A DNA stretch of 64,000 nucleotides from Mobula hypostoma. Lineage: Eukaryota. Shown in pieces: positions 49,951-63,148 of the stretch. Positions within the stretch are counted from its first letter, which is position 1. Each line of letters begins with the position of its first letter. The position numbers and the translations under genes were made by a program. The stretch is from assembly GCF_963921235.1 (NCBI RefSeq), contig NC_086097.1, positions 114,578,001-114,642,000 on the forward strand, given 5' to 3'. The notes under the pieces are model-generated. The model saw only the letters and a program-made list of their open reading frames with translations, ran no database searches and had not been told where the DNA came from.

Positions 49951-51819
49951 TAGGGACTGGATCACCCAGTTCATCCATGGGTTCTAGTTTGGGAACACCA
50001 GAGTTGTCCTCTTTGACACACAAGCCAACACTACCTGCCTCTCCACCTATTTTTGTATCATCTGTTACATATTTAGCAATGCAGTTTGGAGTAGGCCCTT
50101 CTGGCCCTTTGAGCCATGCTGCCCCACCAAGCCCCGACAAACACGATCAACTAGATAAAGCCTCTCTATATAATAAGATTTTTCCAGAAAGGTCTTCCTG
50201 AAACATAGCATCACTTCACACAAAAAGAGGTGCCAGTGAGAGACAGGATATCAGAATGACGTGAAACATACCCAACAACTAAGACTGCATTGTCTTTACT
50301 ACCTTCAAAATTTCATCGGCTTGTTTGTTAGAAGTTTCGATTGACTTTTTGCGCCTCTAATGTGAATGGCAATTGATCTTGAGAGTAAAGAATTCAAGCA
50401 TACAATATGGAATAATCAATACCCATAACTGAGAAGTGAATTCTGTATAAAAATAGCAGGTTTCTGTTCAGACTTCAGAACAGTGTGGGTGGCAGAGGTT
50501 CTCCTCCCTGACTGTTCTCCTTGTGCACAAGTAAAAATAAAAGGAATTTTATTAAATAACTAAAATTATATTTTAGTTATTTTATTATCGACAAGGCCTG
50601 TTACTTGTATCTCTAGACTGTATTCCATCTGCAACTTCCTTGCCCATTCTCTCATCCATCCAAGTCCTTCTGTAGACTCCCTGCTTCCTCAACGCTACCT
50701 CACTACCTATCCCCCACCTGTCTTTGTATCATATTATTATTATTTATTTATTTAGCACCACAGTGTGGAGTAGGCCCCTCTGGTCCTTCGAGCCACGATG
50801 TCCCAGCAACCCTGGACAAACCCAATTAACCCTTACCTAATCATGGGACAACTTACAATGACCAACTAACCTATCCAGAATGTCTTTGGACTATGGGAGC
50901 AAATCGGAGCAATCAGGGAAAACCCACTGGGAGGATGTACAGTCTCCTGCCAGTATTTTCTCAAAGAGTTCCAACAGCTTTGTCAGGCAAGATTTCCCCT
51001 TTAAAAAATCCTGCTGACTTTGGTCTGGTTTATGATGTACCTAGTACCCTGAAAACTCATCCTTACTAATGGACTCAAACATCATCCCAACCACTGAGAT
51101 CAGGCGATATGGCCGCTGCTTTCCTTTGCTTCCCTCCTATATTAAATAATGGAGTGACATTTTCGATTCTCTAGTCCTCCAGAACCATTCCAGAATCTAG
51201 TGATTCTTGAAAAATTGCTACTAATGTCTCCACAATCTCTTTAGACCGCACCCAACAGAACGGACAACAAACGGAAAACAGGCCCCACTCCCCACCACTC
51301 TAATTTGAACCTTCCTGAGTAGCCTTAGTAAATCTCGCAGACAAGATATTGCTCCCCGTCTCGTCCGGTTGCAACCCATGTCTCTTGTACATCATCTCCC
51401 TCCACCCTAGAAGAGATCCCAATGATCCAACATCTGGAATCCTTGCCCCCTGTACCACCTCCTCAGCCACACATTCATTTGAGCTATCTTTTTATTTCTA
51501 TCATCACCAGCACATGCCATTGGGAGTAATCCAGAGACTACTAAACCTAGAGGTCCTAATTTATTGATTCTCTAATAACTCCCCGTATTCAATGTGCGAG
51601 ACCTAGTCCATTTTTCATTCTGTGCCATTGGTACCACCATGCACCACACTTCCATTTGAGAATTTTCTGCAGCTGCACTGAGATGCCCATGACTGGTGTC
51701 TCTTTTGTGGCCCCAGAATCTCCTGTCTGACCCCTCAACTATCAATTTTCACTACTGCCCTTCCTGACTTCTTTCCCATTGCATCCCAAGTCAAACTTGA
51801 GTTTATTATCATATGCACG

Positions 51820-52262
51820 TGTAAGGGGTTTCTTCTTTTGTGTTACTGCGTAGGCTAATTAAAATGGCTTCTTTGTTATGTTATACTTAAAATGGCTTCT
51901 CTGCGATGTTAACTGCTGAGACAGTGGTCCTCTTTCTAGCAGCTTGTTTGGGTTATATTACTGATAAGGATGATTGTATCCACTTTTGGGGGGGCTTGTG
52001 GGATTCGCCACTTGCCTGGCCTCATAGTCCCCCAAGGCGAATCCAAACTCCAGCTGGTCATCCACATATGCCAAAACTCCAAACACCTCCACATCTCCCA
52101 TGGTCTTCCTCATGCCCTGCAGGAAGGTTGCAGGGGCTCCGGATATGCCCTGGGGCATCTTTTCAGACCGAAAGAATCCTAGGGAACCTATAACAGCTGT
52201 CCTCTCCTCATCGTCTTCACTCATCGGGATCTGGCAACATCCACTCCTCAGATGCATTCCAG
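51820..52262 (-). mobile_element. Ty3/Gypsy LTR-retrotransposon RT fragment within an LTR-like remnant
   Basis: [19 protein letters not shown]...[12 protein letters not shown]...AYVDD; left edge starts TGTAAGGGG. Confidence 0.8.
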
Positions 52263-52309
52263 TCCCGTCTGTATCAAGGGTGCAGAGGTGGAGACAGCCG
52301 AAAGCTTCA

Positions 52310-52760
52310 AGTTACCAGGTGTAAATATTACTAATAATTTTTCCTGATCCAACTATGTTGACATTATGGCCAAGAAAGCACATCACCGCCTTTACTCCCT
52401 CAGGAGTCTGAGGGAATTCAGCATGTTGCTGATAATTCTTAGCAGTTTTTACATTGACACAATGGGAAGCATTGTAGCTGAATGCATCACAGCTTGCTAT
52501 GGCAACTGCTATGCTCAAGACCACATATACTTTCAAAGAGTCATGAATGCGGGCCAGTCCATTATGCAAATCCAACTCTCCTCCATTGACTCGTCTACAC
52601 TTCCCACTGCCCTGGGAAAGCAGAGAGCATAATCAAGGAGAACTCCCGTCCTGGTCAGTTGCTCTTCTCCCGTCAAGCAGAAGTTATAAAAGCTCAAAAG
52701 CACATACCACTAGACTCAAAGACAGCACTAATCTCTTGTTGTCAGATTCTTGAATGTCAA
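52310..52760 (+). mobile_element. Rex1/Babar LINE 3' fragment
   Basis: AKKAHHRLYSLRSLR...CITACYGNC...HTTRLKDS. Confidence 0.8.
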
Positions 52761-52930
52761 TGGATTTTTGAATGGTCCATTCACACTAATTTGCTATCTC
52801 TCGTTTGCACTACTTATGTATGTATGTATGCATTTATTTATTAGTGATTATATGTATGTATTTAGATAAAACAGTGCAGGTCCTTCGGTCCATGGTGTTG
52901 TGCTGACATTGTAACTGACTCTGTCTAATG

Positions 52931-53010
52931 CAAGGATTTCCAACTTGCGGTCCAGGGACCCCTTGATTAATGGTAGGAGTCCATGGCATAAGAAACATTG
53001 AGAACCCCTG
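52931..53010. mobile_element. 80-bp hAT MITE
   Basis: Perfect 8-bp TSD GTCTAATG (52923-52930, 53011-53018); degenerate TIRs CAAGGATTTCCAA and TTGAGAACCCCTG. Confidence 0.8.
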
Positions 53011-54589
53011 GTCTAATGCTTCCCTCCCACATAGCCCCCCATTTTTCTATCATCCATGTGCCCATTTAGAGTCTCTTAAATGTCCCAGCTGTATGTGGCT
53101 CTACCACCGCCCCTGGCAGTGCATTCTATGCACCCACCACTCTGTGTAGAGAGAAAAAAAATACCCCTGACATCAGCCCTGTGCTTTCCCCCAATCATCT
53201 TAAAATTACACCCCCTCATAAAACCATTACCTCTTTATGTATTTATTTATTTATTGTAACTTGTAATAATTTTTTATGTTTTGCAGCAACACAACATATT
53301 TCAGTGATAATAAACCGGAGCCTTATTCTGATCCTGACCTCTCAGATGCAGAAAGTGCATTTTTCGGCTTCTTCGTCTACCTTAATATGGCTCTTTATCT
53401 GAACTTCACTTTTTTCTGTAGTTGCTAAATATATTCTGCATTTTATTTTCGTTTTACTGCCTCAATGTTCTTATGTATGGTGTGATCTACCTGGATGGCA
53501 CGCTTACACAGTTTTTCACTGTATCTCAGTACATGGTCTGCCTGGTTGGAACGTTTACACTGTTTTTTTTCATTGTAGTCATTCAGTAAATGTACTATAA
53601 TAAACCAATGAACTAGTAGATTATGCAAGGGATCAGTTGTGAAGGTGTAGCACGGGATGAAAGCTGTTTTATGTGATACTTTGCTGACAATAGTAGAGAA
53701 ACCAAAAGAAACTGCTTTATGTTGCAAATATGAAATAAAAAGATAAAATGCTGGAGATTCTCTGCTTGACACACACACCATCTGTATAACAAGGCAATCA
53801 GAATTAATGTTTCAGGTTGAAGAACTTTAATCAGAGCCAAGAAAGTCAGAAAACAAACACATATAAAGTTGTAGAACAAGTTGAAATCCAGAAAACAATG
53901 GGAACAACTGTAAAAGGGGAAGACCCAAGTGCAAATGGATGACAGTCTGGTGTCAGCTGAGAGAGGACAATGAAGACTTGTTACTGGCATTCAACTTGTC
54001 TGCAGGAGGTGTGAAGAGGAATGATGAATGAGGAAGGAGAGAACTTGTCTTCTGAAGTGGTGTCTCAAGAGTCCACAGATGTTGAAAGATGCAACGAAAA
54101 GCAATGGACTACAGTGTAGACTCCTTCCACTGCAGCACATGACGAGGGTGGGGTTGGATGGTGGAAGCCCCTCGAAACATCAAATTACCTCAGGGAGTGG
54201 CAATGGTGCTGTCTTTGTATGTGTTGCTTTTCTCTCTTTAGAGTTTACATTACTGAATGTAACAAACATGAATGCAAAGGTTTTATACCATTTCTTCCTT
54301 TATATATGCACTTTTTCAATCATGAATATAGTCTATTTTAATAAAAAAGAAATAATTCAGCAGGTTAAGCAGGATCTTTGGAGGGAAATGGATAGTTGAC
54401 ATTTGCTGCCTGCCCTTCAGCTGGACTGTCCAGATAAAGGGTTCAAATCCAGAATGTCAACTGTCTATTTACCACCACAGATGCTGCCTGACCTGCTGAG
54501 TTCCTCCAGCAGCTTGTTTTTACTGTCTCAGGAATAAGAAATGGCTTGTTTCCACTGCTGTTCTGTGGGATCTGAAGGAAATGAAAGAC

Positions 54590-55380
54590 ACTGTTAGAAA
54601 ATGCACGGTTATATAAATTCATGTGTGGACTGTTTTCTAAATGGGGGGAAAAAATCCAAAAATCTGAGATGCAGAGGGACTTGGGAGTCCTTGTGCAGAA
54701 CACCCTAAAGGTTAACTTGCAGGTTGAGTTGGTGGTGAGGAAGGCAAATGCAATGTTAGCATTCAGTTCAAGAGGTCTAGAAGACAAGAGCAGGGATGAG
54801 GCTTTATAAGGCACTGGTGATGTCTCACTTTGACTATTGTGAACAGCTTTGGGCTTCTCATCTAAGGAAAGATATGCTGGCATTGGAGACGGTTCAGAGG
54901 AGGTTCACAAGGAAGATTCTGGGAATGAAATGGTTATCATACAAGGAATGTTTGATAGCTCTGGGTCTGTACTTGCTGGAATTTAGAAGGATGAGGGGGA
55001 TCTCACTGAAACCTTTTGAATGTTGAAAAGCCTAGATAGAGTAGATGTGGAAAGGATGTTTCCCATGGTGGTGGATACTAGGACAGGAGGACATAGCCTC
55101 AGGATAGAGGGGCGTCTATTTAAAACAGAGAGGTGGAGAAATTTCTTTAGCCTCAGGATGGTGAATTTGTGGAATTTGTTACCACAGACAGCTGTGGAGG
55201 CCAGGTCATTGGGTGCATTTAAGGCAGAGATTGATAGGTTCTTGATTGGATACAGCAGCAAAGGTTACAGGGAGAAGGCAGTGCAGTGGGGCTGAGGAGG
55301 GGAGAGAAGGATCAGCCATGATTGAACGGGAGAGCAGACTCAATGGGTCAAATTCTACTCCTTTGTATTAGTCTTTTGGA
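54590..55380 (+). mobile_element. CR1 3' fragment
   Basis: QRDLGVLVQNTLKVNLQV, VQRRFTR, RNFFSLRMVNLWNLLP. Confidence 0.9.
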
Positions 55381-55429
55381 CCTAAAGACTGTCACCATAG
55401 TTCTAAAGAAGTTTTAAGAACATGGGAGT

Positions 55430-56710
55430 GGTGAAGGAGGGCAATTACCAGAAGTTCAAGAAATTGATGTTCATGCCATCAGCTTGAAGGCTACCCAGAT
55501 GGAATATAAGGTGTTGCTCCTCCATCCTGAGTGTGGCCTCATTGCGGCAGAAGACAAGGCCATGGACAGACATATTGGAATAGGAACGGTCAGTAGAATT
55601 GAAATGGGTGGCACTGGGAGATCCTGCTTTTTCTGGCGGAGTGCTCAGCTAAGTGACTTCCCACTCTACGTTGGGTCTCACCACTATACAAGAGGCTACC
55701 CCGGGAGGTCCAGACACAATATATGACCCCAACAGACACACAGGTTAAGTGTCGCCTCACCTGGAAGGACTGTTTGGGGCTCTGAATGGTAGTGAGGGAG
55801 GAGGCGTAGGGGCAGGTGTTGCACTTGTTCCGCTTGCAAGAATAAGTACCAGGAAGGGAGATCAGTGGGGAGAGATGCATGGAGTCGTGCACAGAGTGAT
55901 CCCTGCGGAAAGCAGAAAATGGGGGGGGGGAGGAGAGGAAAGATGTGCTTGGTGGTGGGATCCTGTTGGTGGTGATGGAAGTTAAGGAGAATTATGTGCT
56001 GGATGCAGAGGTTGGTGGGGTGGTAGGTGAGGACAAAATGAACCCTATCTCTGGTGGGGAGGCAGGAGGATGGGGTGAGGGCAGACATGCACAAAATGGA
56101 AGCGATGCAGGTGAGCGCAGCACAGAAAGGGGCTTTCCTTCCTCCACCATCAATGCTGCCAGAAAAAGTGGGATCTCCCGATGGCCATCCATTTCAATTC
56201 TACTTCCCATTTCCTTTTTGACATGTCATTCGATGCCCCCCTCCACTGTCGTGATGAGGCCACACTTAGGTTGGAGGAACAACACCTTATTTTCTGTTTG
56301 GATAGCCTCCAACCTGATGGCATGACTATCGATTTCTCACTATCAATTTCTCGAACCTCTGGTAATTCGCTCCCCCTCTCCTTCACCATTCCCCATTCCA
56401 GTTTCCTTTCTCACATCTCCTTACCCGCCCATCAACTCCCTCCACCTTCCCTTTCTTCCATGATCTTCTACCCCCTCCTATCAGATCCCCCCTTCTCCAG
56501 CCCTTTATCTCTTTCATTGATCGAATTCCCAGCTCTTTACTTCACCCCCCCTCTCAGTTTCACCTATCACCCACCACCTTGTACTTCTTCCTCCCCGCCT
56601 CCACCTTATCCTGACTTCTGATGAAAGGTCTTGACCCGTAACATCGACTGCACTCTTTTCCATAGATGCTGCCTGGCTTGCTGAGTTCATCCAGCATTTT
56701 GTGTGTGTTG
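55430..56710. mobile_element. Penelope-like element with internal inversion
   Basis: Minus-strand GIY-YIG region (55450-56110) abuts a plus-strand ORF end (LRLEEQHLIFCLDSLQPDGM) and pLTR with a decayed hammerhead CTGATGA..CCCGTAACATCGACT near 56618-56650. Confidence 0.85.
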
Positions 56711-56929
56711 CAGTTTACAGCCCCTGCTTCCTCTCAAAATCATCCTCTCAATGGTAAGTATACAGCAACATAGAGAGACTTAGCAGCAATAGTATGGGCT
56801 TCCAAATGAGAATTTTTCTCAATTGCGAAAAAAAGCAACTGCCCATCCCAACCAGACGTCATAAAGTTGTAACCATTCCTTGATTTTGATTGGATTACGT
56901 TTGACGCTGTCATTCTTATTGGTGGGTCC

Positions 56930-57300
56930 ACCACGTTTAGTCCCGCTTTCCAGCGCCGTTACCCGCGGAGATCGAACAGCCAGGCGGCTTGGTTTCTCCT
57001 CACCGGGTTTTTACCCCTCACCATCAGGCGGCGTCCGGTTTCAGCCCAGGCCGCCTTTTTGCCACCTGGTCCGTTGGGGGCTGTGCGTGAGCATTCCCGT
57101 CGGTTTCCATGGCAACAAGCGGCGGCGATGGCGGCGCCCGGGCGGGGGCGGAGGCGGAGCGGGGTTCCGCGCTTCTGGTCGCCTCTGCTTTTGCCCGGTT
57201 CGGGAGCCCGGAGCTGTCCAGCCGTCGCTACACGGTGACGGCCCTCCAGGCTTGGCGGCCTAAGTGCTCCAGGTGAAGAGTCCTGTTTCACACTGCGCTG
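56930..57300 (+). promoter_or_regulatory. CpG island / promoter with RFX X-box
   Basis: Sharp GC and CpG enrichment, GC boxes (GGGCGG), and palindromic X-box GTTTCCATGGCAAC at 57103-57116. Confidence 0.75.
57109..57272 (+). CDS. Candidate first coding exon of a gene divergent from TIMM21 (possibly FBXO15)
   Basis: ccATGG start inside the X-box, open frame MATSGGDGGARAG...WRPKCS, donor CAG|GTGAAG. Identity rests only on recalled mammalian TIMM21-FBXO15 head-to-head synteny and a similar MAT start; no F-box exon is visible. Confidence 0.45.
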
Positions 57301-58744
57301 TTGTCATACAACGCAGCAGTGGGACGTTTATTAAAGTCCTCACCCCACCCACCCCTTGTTAGACCACTTCCCAGAGTCTGCCGTGTGTTCTGTTAGTGTT
57401 GGTGATCAGCATTCACTACAATTTTCCGCTCTTCTGATAACTTGCTCCCTTCTGCACTGACCAACTGAATTTAGAGATGAATTTACAGTGTTTGCTTTAG
57501 TGCAGTGACAGATTTATAACGATTGCATGAAGTAGGGTGATTTAGATGCACTCACTGGAAGTTTTGGACGCTAGAAAATTATATGAAAATGTTCATTTTT
57601 AAGGGAACTTGTACTTCGCCGCAATTACTTAATGTTGTAATGTTTCAGTTTTGGACAAAAATGGGCCCCGAGGCTACCTTCAAGGTCCTGCCGTGGAACA
57701 GAAAGTGGTAAATTGAGATCTTCAAGTCTGACCACCATTGAGAGGTTGGTAAAAAGAGATTAGGAAAGTACATATTCCTTGAAGCGTTTTCCCGTTTGGA
57801 ATTAGGATGCACAAGCGATTTCAGCGATGTTGTTTGCTTAATCTGAATTACTACTGTTCGGGAGAAATTTGGGAGGAACTGTGCCACGTACCACACTATT
57901 TCATCATTCATTGGAAATACCGAATTAATTATACATGTTTAATAAGTTTTTTGAAGAGGATTTTGAAGTTTTTTTCGAACTTTGAATATTTAGAATAAAG
58001 AGGACTGTCTTCGTAGATAGATACATTATTGATCCCAAAGGAAATTACAGGGTCACAGTAGCATTGCAAATGCACAGATTTAAATACTAGAAGAATAGAA
58101 ATAATAATAAAAAAGTTACCACAAACAGTCTAATAGGAGGGGGTAATCACTTCCCTTGGTATAGGTTGACTCTTTATAGAGCCTAATGGTCGAGGGTAGG
58201 AATGAGGGCAGTTAGAAATCTGAGTGTTCATCACATTTTGAGTTTTGATATGCCTATCTGTACAATACACATGTTAACTGCATCTTTCTAGTTAACAAAA
58301 TTTACTCAAAATACCTATTAAAGAATCTCTCATCATAATCATTGGTAATGAACTTTCTACTGATTGAAATAAATAAAGTTATTTATAACCTTTAACGATA
58401 CAATACTTTGGATTGTAAAGTTATTACAGCATTACTGTTATAAATGCAAAAAACTAATTCTAAATTCAAGACATCATCCCAGGATAACTATTCGTAATAA
58501 TATTTAAAAATGGGCATATTGTAGTGCAAATTCAATGGGTCTTTCATTTTTTATTAGATGGACTTGCCCACTTTAAGGAAGGTTGGATTTACTCAAATTG
58601 AGATCCACTTGTATAATAATGTTTTCTTCACTTTTATCTGCCAAATACAAACGTATGCTATCCAAGGATAAATAGTTGCATTTTGATTGGATCAATTTAT
58701 GTCAGAGCCAATAAATTGTTTTTAGTCAGTCCTTGGTATTCCGG

Positions 58745-60350
58745 GAAAGATGCAATCATGGATTAGCTGACTGGCAGAAGGCAAAACCTGGGTATAAAGC
58801 AGGGCTTTCTGGCTGACTGCCAGTGACTAATGGTGTCCTATAGGCTCTGTGTTGTTTTTTTGCCCCCATGTCATGTGTTAATGATCTGGATGACAAAATT
58901 GTTGGCTTTGTGGCCAGGTAGGTGAATGGGCAGATAGAGTTGAGGAAGCAGGGAGCCTGCAGAAGGACTTGGACAAATTGGGAGAATGAGCAAAGGAAGT
59001 GGCAGATGGAATAGAGTGTAGGAAAGTGTATGGTCATGCACTTTGGCTGAAGGAATAAGGCATGAACTATTTTCTAACCAGGAAGTAAATTCAGAAGTTG
59101 GAAGTGCAAAAGGACCTGTAAATCCTAGTGCAGGAAATTAACTTGCAGATTAAGTCGATACCAAGGAAGGCAAATACAATTTTAGCACTAATTTCAAAGA
59201 ACTAGAATATAAAAGCAAGTATGTAATGCTGAGGCTTTGTAAGGCATTGGTCAGATTACAGTTTGAATATTATGAACAGTTTTGGGCCCCAAATCTAAAA
59301 AAGGCTGTGTTGGTATTGAGGGGTTCTGGGGAATTTATGAGAATTATTCTGGGAATGAAAGGGTTAACGTGAGTCTTTGATGGCTCTGGCCCATATAACC
59401 ATATAACAATTACAGCACGGAAACAGGCCATCTCGGTCCTTCTAGTCCGTGCCGAACTCTTACTCTCACCTAGTCCCACCGACCTGCACTCAGCCCATAA
59501 CCCTCCATTCCTTTCCTGTCCATATAGCTATCCAATTTAACTTTAAATGACAACATAGAACCTACCTCAACTACTTCTGCTGGAAGCTGGCTCCACACAG
59601 CTACCACTCTCTGAGTAAAGAAGTTGCCCCTCATGTTACCCCTAAACTTTTGCCCTTTAACTCTCAACTCCTGTCCTCTTGTTTGAATCTCCCTCACTCT
59701 TAATGGAAAAAGCCTAGCCACGTCAACTCTATCTATCCCCCTCATAATTTTGAATACCTCTATCAAGTCCCCCCTCAACCTTTTACGTTCCAAAGAATAA
59801 AGACCCAGCTTGTTCAACTTTTCTCTATAACTTAAGAGATGAAACCCAGGCAACATTCTAGTAAATCTTCTCTGTACTCTCTTAATTTTGTTGACATTTT
59901 TCCTATAATTTGGTGACCAGAGCTGTACACAATACTGTTTCTTGCTGGAGTTTAGAAGAATGCTGGGGAGGAGGTCTCATTGAAACTTATCGAAGATTGA
60001 AAGGGCTGGATAGAGTAGACGTGGAGAAGTTGTTTCCATTAGTGGCAGAGTCTAGGGCCAAAGTGCAGTACCTCAGAATAGAGGGACGTTCCTTTAGAAT
60101 AGAGATGAAGAGGAATTTCTTTAGCCAGAGACTGGTGAATCTAAGGAATTTATTGCCACAGACAGCTGTGAAGACAAAGTCATATGTTATATTTAAAGCA
60201 AGGTTGATGGGTTCTTGATTAGTAAGGGTGCCAAAGGTTATGGGGTGGTGGTAGCAGAAAGGGGTTGAGAGGTAATAATCAGCTACGATTGAATGATGGA
60301 GCTGACTCGATGGGCTGAATGGCCTAATCTGTTCTATGTCTTACAGTTTT
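58745..60350 (+). mobile_element. CR1 fragment with a younger antisense CR1 nested at 59392-59935
   Basis: Host sequence GGCTCTGGC|CTGTTTCTTGCTGGAG is split by an insert encoding LGLYSLERKRLRGDLIEVFKIM. Confidence 0.85.
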
Positions 60351-60734
60351 CTATTTCACAAGTGAATATTAAACCTAAATATAGTTAGTGAAGGACAAGC
60401 CAAGTAACACTGATAGGATCTTGCCAGAATTTGTCCAACCGCTCCAGGTAGATACTGTAATTACCTAAAGATCTTAAAATTAAGAAAACTTAATTTCTGT
60501 CTGATCTTTTTTAAAAAAAAAATGTAAGAGGATTACCTAAATCTTTGTATCATATTTTTGCCACTTGTTCGGCAGAATTTATGAAACCAGGGAAGGTCTA
60601 GTGAGTAAAGATGCATTTGGGTACAGCATAATTTAAAAAAAATTCTTGGTTTTACGTGGCATCTTTGTCAATTTGCATTACGTGACCATTTTACAATAAA
60701 AATGCTTTTTAAGTGTAGTCACACTGGGAAATAT

Positions 60735-62305
60735 AGCTTGTAAAAGTATTTAGCCTCCAGCCCTTTGTTTACACAAATGAGTGACAACCAGTGATTTTGA
60801 TCGATTTAACTGAGAAATTGTGAATCACATGCTCCTTTTTTTTATGTAGATCCGGAAAACAGTAAAATTGTAAAACATGAAAAACTAAAAATTCAAAACC
60901 TGAAGTGTCAGCAGTTCAAAAGTGTTCATCCCCTTTTGTTCAGTACTTGGTTGAACCTCCTCTTGCATCTATTACAGCCAGTATTCTTTCTGGATAAGTC
61001 TCTATTAGCTTTGCACAATGTAATGGAGCAAGATTTGCCCATTCCTCCTTGCAAAATTGCTCAAGCTGTGCCAGGTTAGTTGGGGAGTGATGGTGGACTG
61101 CAGTCTTGAGGTTTTGCCAGAGATGTTTGATGGAGTTAATGTCAGGACTCTGACTGGGCCACTCAAGGATATCAGTTTTCTTCATTTGAAACCACACCAT
61201 GGTGCCTCTGGCTGTGTGCTTTTGGTCGTTATTCAGCTGAAAGGCTGACTTCCTCCCCAGTGTAAACTTTCTGACAGAGGCTAGCAGTTTTTTTATCTAA
61301 GATCTCTCTGTATTTAGCAGCATTCATCTTCACGTTAATCCTGACCAGATTTCCAGTCCCAGCTGCTGAAAAGCATCCCCATAGCGTGATGGTATCTCCA
61401 TCGTACTTTATAGTAGGGATGGTATCATGTGGCTGATGCACTGTATTAGATTTATCCCACATGTAACACTTAGTGTTGAGGCCAAAACATTCCACTTTAG
61501 TCTGATACAACCACAAGACCTTCTTCCACATCTTTACAGTATCTTCTAAGTGGCAATTTGTAAAGGCTTTACAGATAAAAATATACTTTTTTTTTAGCTA
61601 GGGCTTCTTCCTTGCCACTTTTCCATAAATACCCATTTTGTGCAAGTCCTTGGAGATTATGGAGCCAGGAACTTCATCTCCATTTGCAGCCACTGACTTC
61701 TGCAGTTGACTCAGAGTGACTGTTGGCATCACAGTAGCCTCTTACAAGTGGTATTCTTCTCCAGCTACTAAGTTTAGTGGGGCAGCCTGACCTAGGCAGT
61801 GTCACTGTGGTTTTACAATGGACTGCACTGAACTCCGAGGTACGGTCTTGAGATGGTCTTGTACCCTTCCACAGATTTGTGCTTCTCTATTACCATTTCC
61901 CTGACCTGTCTTGAATGTTCTTTTGTCTTCATTTTCATTTGGTCTGTTGAAAAATCTACCATACCGCCAGACCATACGGGGTGGGGGGGGGGGAGTATTC
62001 TTATGAATTCATTGAAAATAGGTGATCCTCCTACATCAACAAATTGGGTGAGTTGATAAGGTAATGTATAGAATTGCACCTGTGGATAGTTAGCATAGCA
62101 ATTACAAACGGGGTGAATACTTTTCCAGCCTCGCAATTTTGGATTTTTAATTTTTAGTGAATTGTTTTGGAATTTTTCTTTTAATTTGACATGATACACA
62201 ATGTTTGTCGATTAGCTCAAAATCCCATTTTAATATATTTTGCATTTAGAAAACGAAACAGTGAAATGTGAAAATAGTTGTGGGGCTGAATACATTTTAT
62301 AGTTG
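60735..62305 (-). mobile_element. Tc1 transposon, near full length, degraded
   Basis: [38 protein letters not shown]...GGSTKY; degenerate long TIRs. Confidence 0.88.
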
Positions 62306-62349
62306 TGGGTACTATATACACAGAACAGCAGTGTGATAATGACAAGTTA

Positions 62350-63148
62350 ATACTTTATACTTTATTGTCACCAAATAATTGGTACTAGAACATACAATCA
62401 TCACAGTGATATTTGATTCTGCGCTTCACACTCCCTGGATTACAATTATTAAATATTAAAAATATTAAAAAGTTAAAATTAGTAAATATTAATTTAAATT
62501 ATAAATCATAAATAGAAAATAGAAAAATGGGAAGTAAGGTAGTGCAAAAAAAAACCGAGAGGCAGGTCTGGATATTTGGAGGGTACGGCCCAGATCCGGG
62601 TCAGTATCCGTTCAGCAGTCTTATCACAGTCGGAAAGAAGCTTTTCCCAAATCTGGCCGTACGAGTCTTCAAGCTCCTGATCCTTCTCCCTGAGGGATGA
62701 GGGATGAAAAGTCTGCTGGCTGGGTGGGTTGTGTCCTTGATTATCCTGGCAGCACTGCTCTGACAGCGTGCGGTGTAAAGTGAGTCCACAGACGGAAGAT
62801 TGGTTTGTGTGATGTGCTGCGCCGTGTTCATGATCTTCTGCAGCTTCTTTTGGTCTTGGACAGGACAACTTCCATACCAGGTTGTGATGCACCCTAGAAG
62901 AATGCTTTCTATGGTGCATCTATAAAAATTAGTGAGGGTTTTAGGGGACAGGCCAAATTTCTTTAGTTTTCTCAGGAAGTAAAGGCGCTGGTGGGCCTTC
63001 TTGGCAGTGAACTCTGCTTGCTTGGACCAAGTCAGGTCATTTGTGATATTGACCCCAAGGAACTTAAAGCTTTTGACCTGTTCCACTTGCGCACCACTGA
63101 TGTAAGTTGGGTCGTGTGGTCCACTACTCCTTCTGAAGCCAACAATAT
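62350..63148 (-). mobile_element. Rex1/Babar LINE 3' fragment
   Basis: Uninterrupted EQVKSFKFLGVNI...KKAHQRLYFLRKLK...SFFPTVIRLLN; (TAAAGTA)n tail. Confidence 0.9.

Noticed and set aside
57649..57707. Possible second exon of the divergent gene (tttcag|...|gtaaat)
   Set aside because: Splice signals are plausible and the frame is open, but the peptide is unrecognisable; it needs RNA evidence.
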